Positions 63,581 through 64,000 of a stretch of DNA of 64,000 nucleotides are shown piece after piece. The translations under genes were made by a program, and so were the position numbers. A model generated the notes under the pieces. The model had not been told where the DNA came from and did no database searches. It saw only the letters and a list, made by a program, of their open reading frames with translations. Position 1 is the first letter of the stretch. The number at the start of each line of letters is the position of its first letter. The stretch lies in contig OZ360228.1 of NCBI GenBank assembly GCA_977017645.1, positions 23,126,001 to 23,190,000 on the forward strand, given 5' to 3'. This DNA comes from Torpedo marmorata (Eukaryota).

Positions 63581-64000
63581 ATCTCTTCAGGGCACCCTTT
63601 CCATGTCCCAAGCTCCTCATCGAGGTCCTGACTTGTTCAGACTCCCACCCCCTCCCCTCTCATATGACCCTCCGATCGCTGACCTTGAAATATAATCACT
63701 TCTTCCTATTTTACAAATGCGGCCTGCTACTTTGAGCTTGCCGTGGCAGCAGTTTCCATGGTAACTGTCAGCTGCAGGGATCTGGCAGAGTAGCACAGCT
63801 GAAGGTATCAGTGTGGCTCCTGGGTGCTGAGCTGCCTCAGGCCAGGAGAGCAGTGGTGCAGAGCAGGACAGCTTGCTGCATGCACAGCTGTGCTCCAGAT
63901 GTCAGCTGTGTATCAGAGACAGGGGAGGAAGACTAAGCCTCCCACACTTATGCCAAGATTGGCGACAGGATCGTCCACAAAATATGCAGAGAATCCCAAA

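Overview
Eukaryotic, repeat-rich vertebrate genomic DNA. The V-SINE, CR1, L1, Rex1/Babar and Penelope content suggests a cartilaginous fish such as a ray (inference). One protein-coding gene spans most of the window: an 8-exon, two-LIM-domain CRIP2-like gene on the minus strand (ATG 50596, stop 1709, AATAAA 960-965, ~29-kb intron 1). All splice sites are GT-AG. Exon 2 is 93 nt instead of the 95 nt of its internal paralog, exon 6. As assembled, this 2-nt deletion truncates the protein at 31 aa. Two in-frame routes to a single-LIM (CRIP1-like) protein remain. The rest is transposon debris, several nested insertions with visible target-site duplications (TSDs), and many minisatellites. These include a 7.6-kb 54/56-bp array born inside a SINE and an array that amplifies the exon-1 splice donor. 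There is a 100-N assembly gap at 20395-20494. Nearly all long ORFs in the ORF track are repeat or retroelement artefacts. Repeat boundaries were read by eye and are approximate unless TSDs are quoted.
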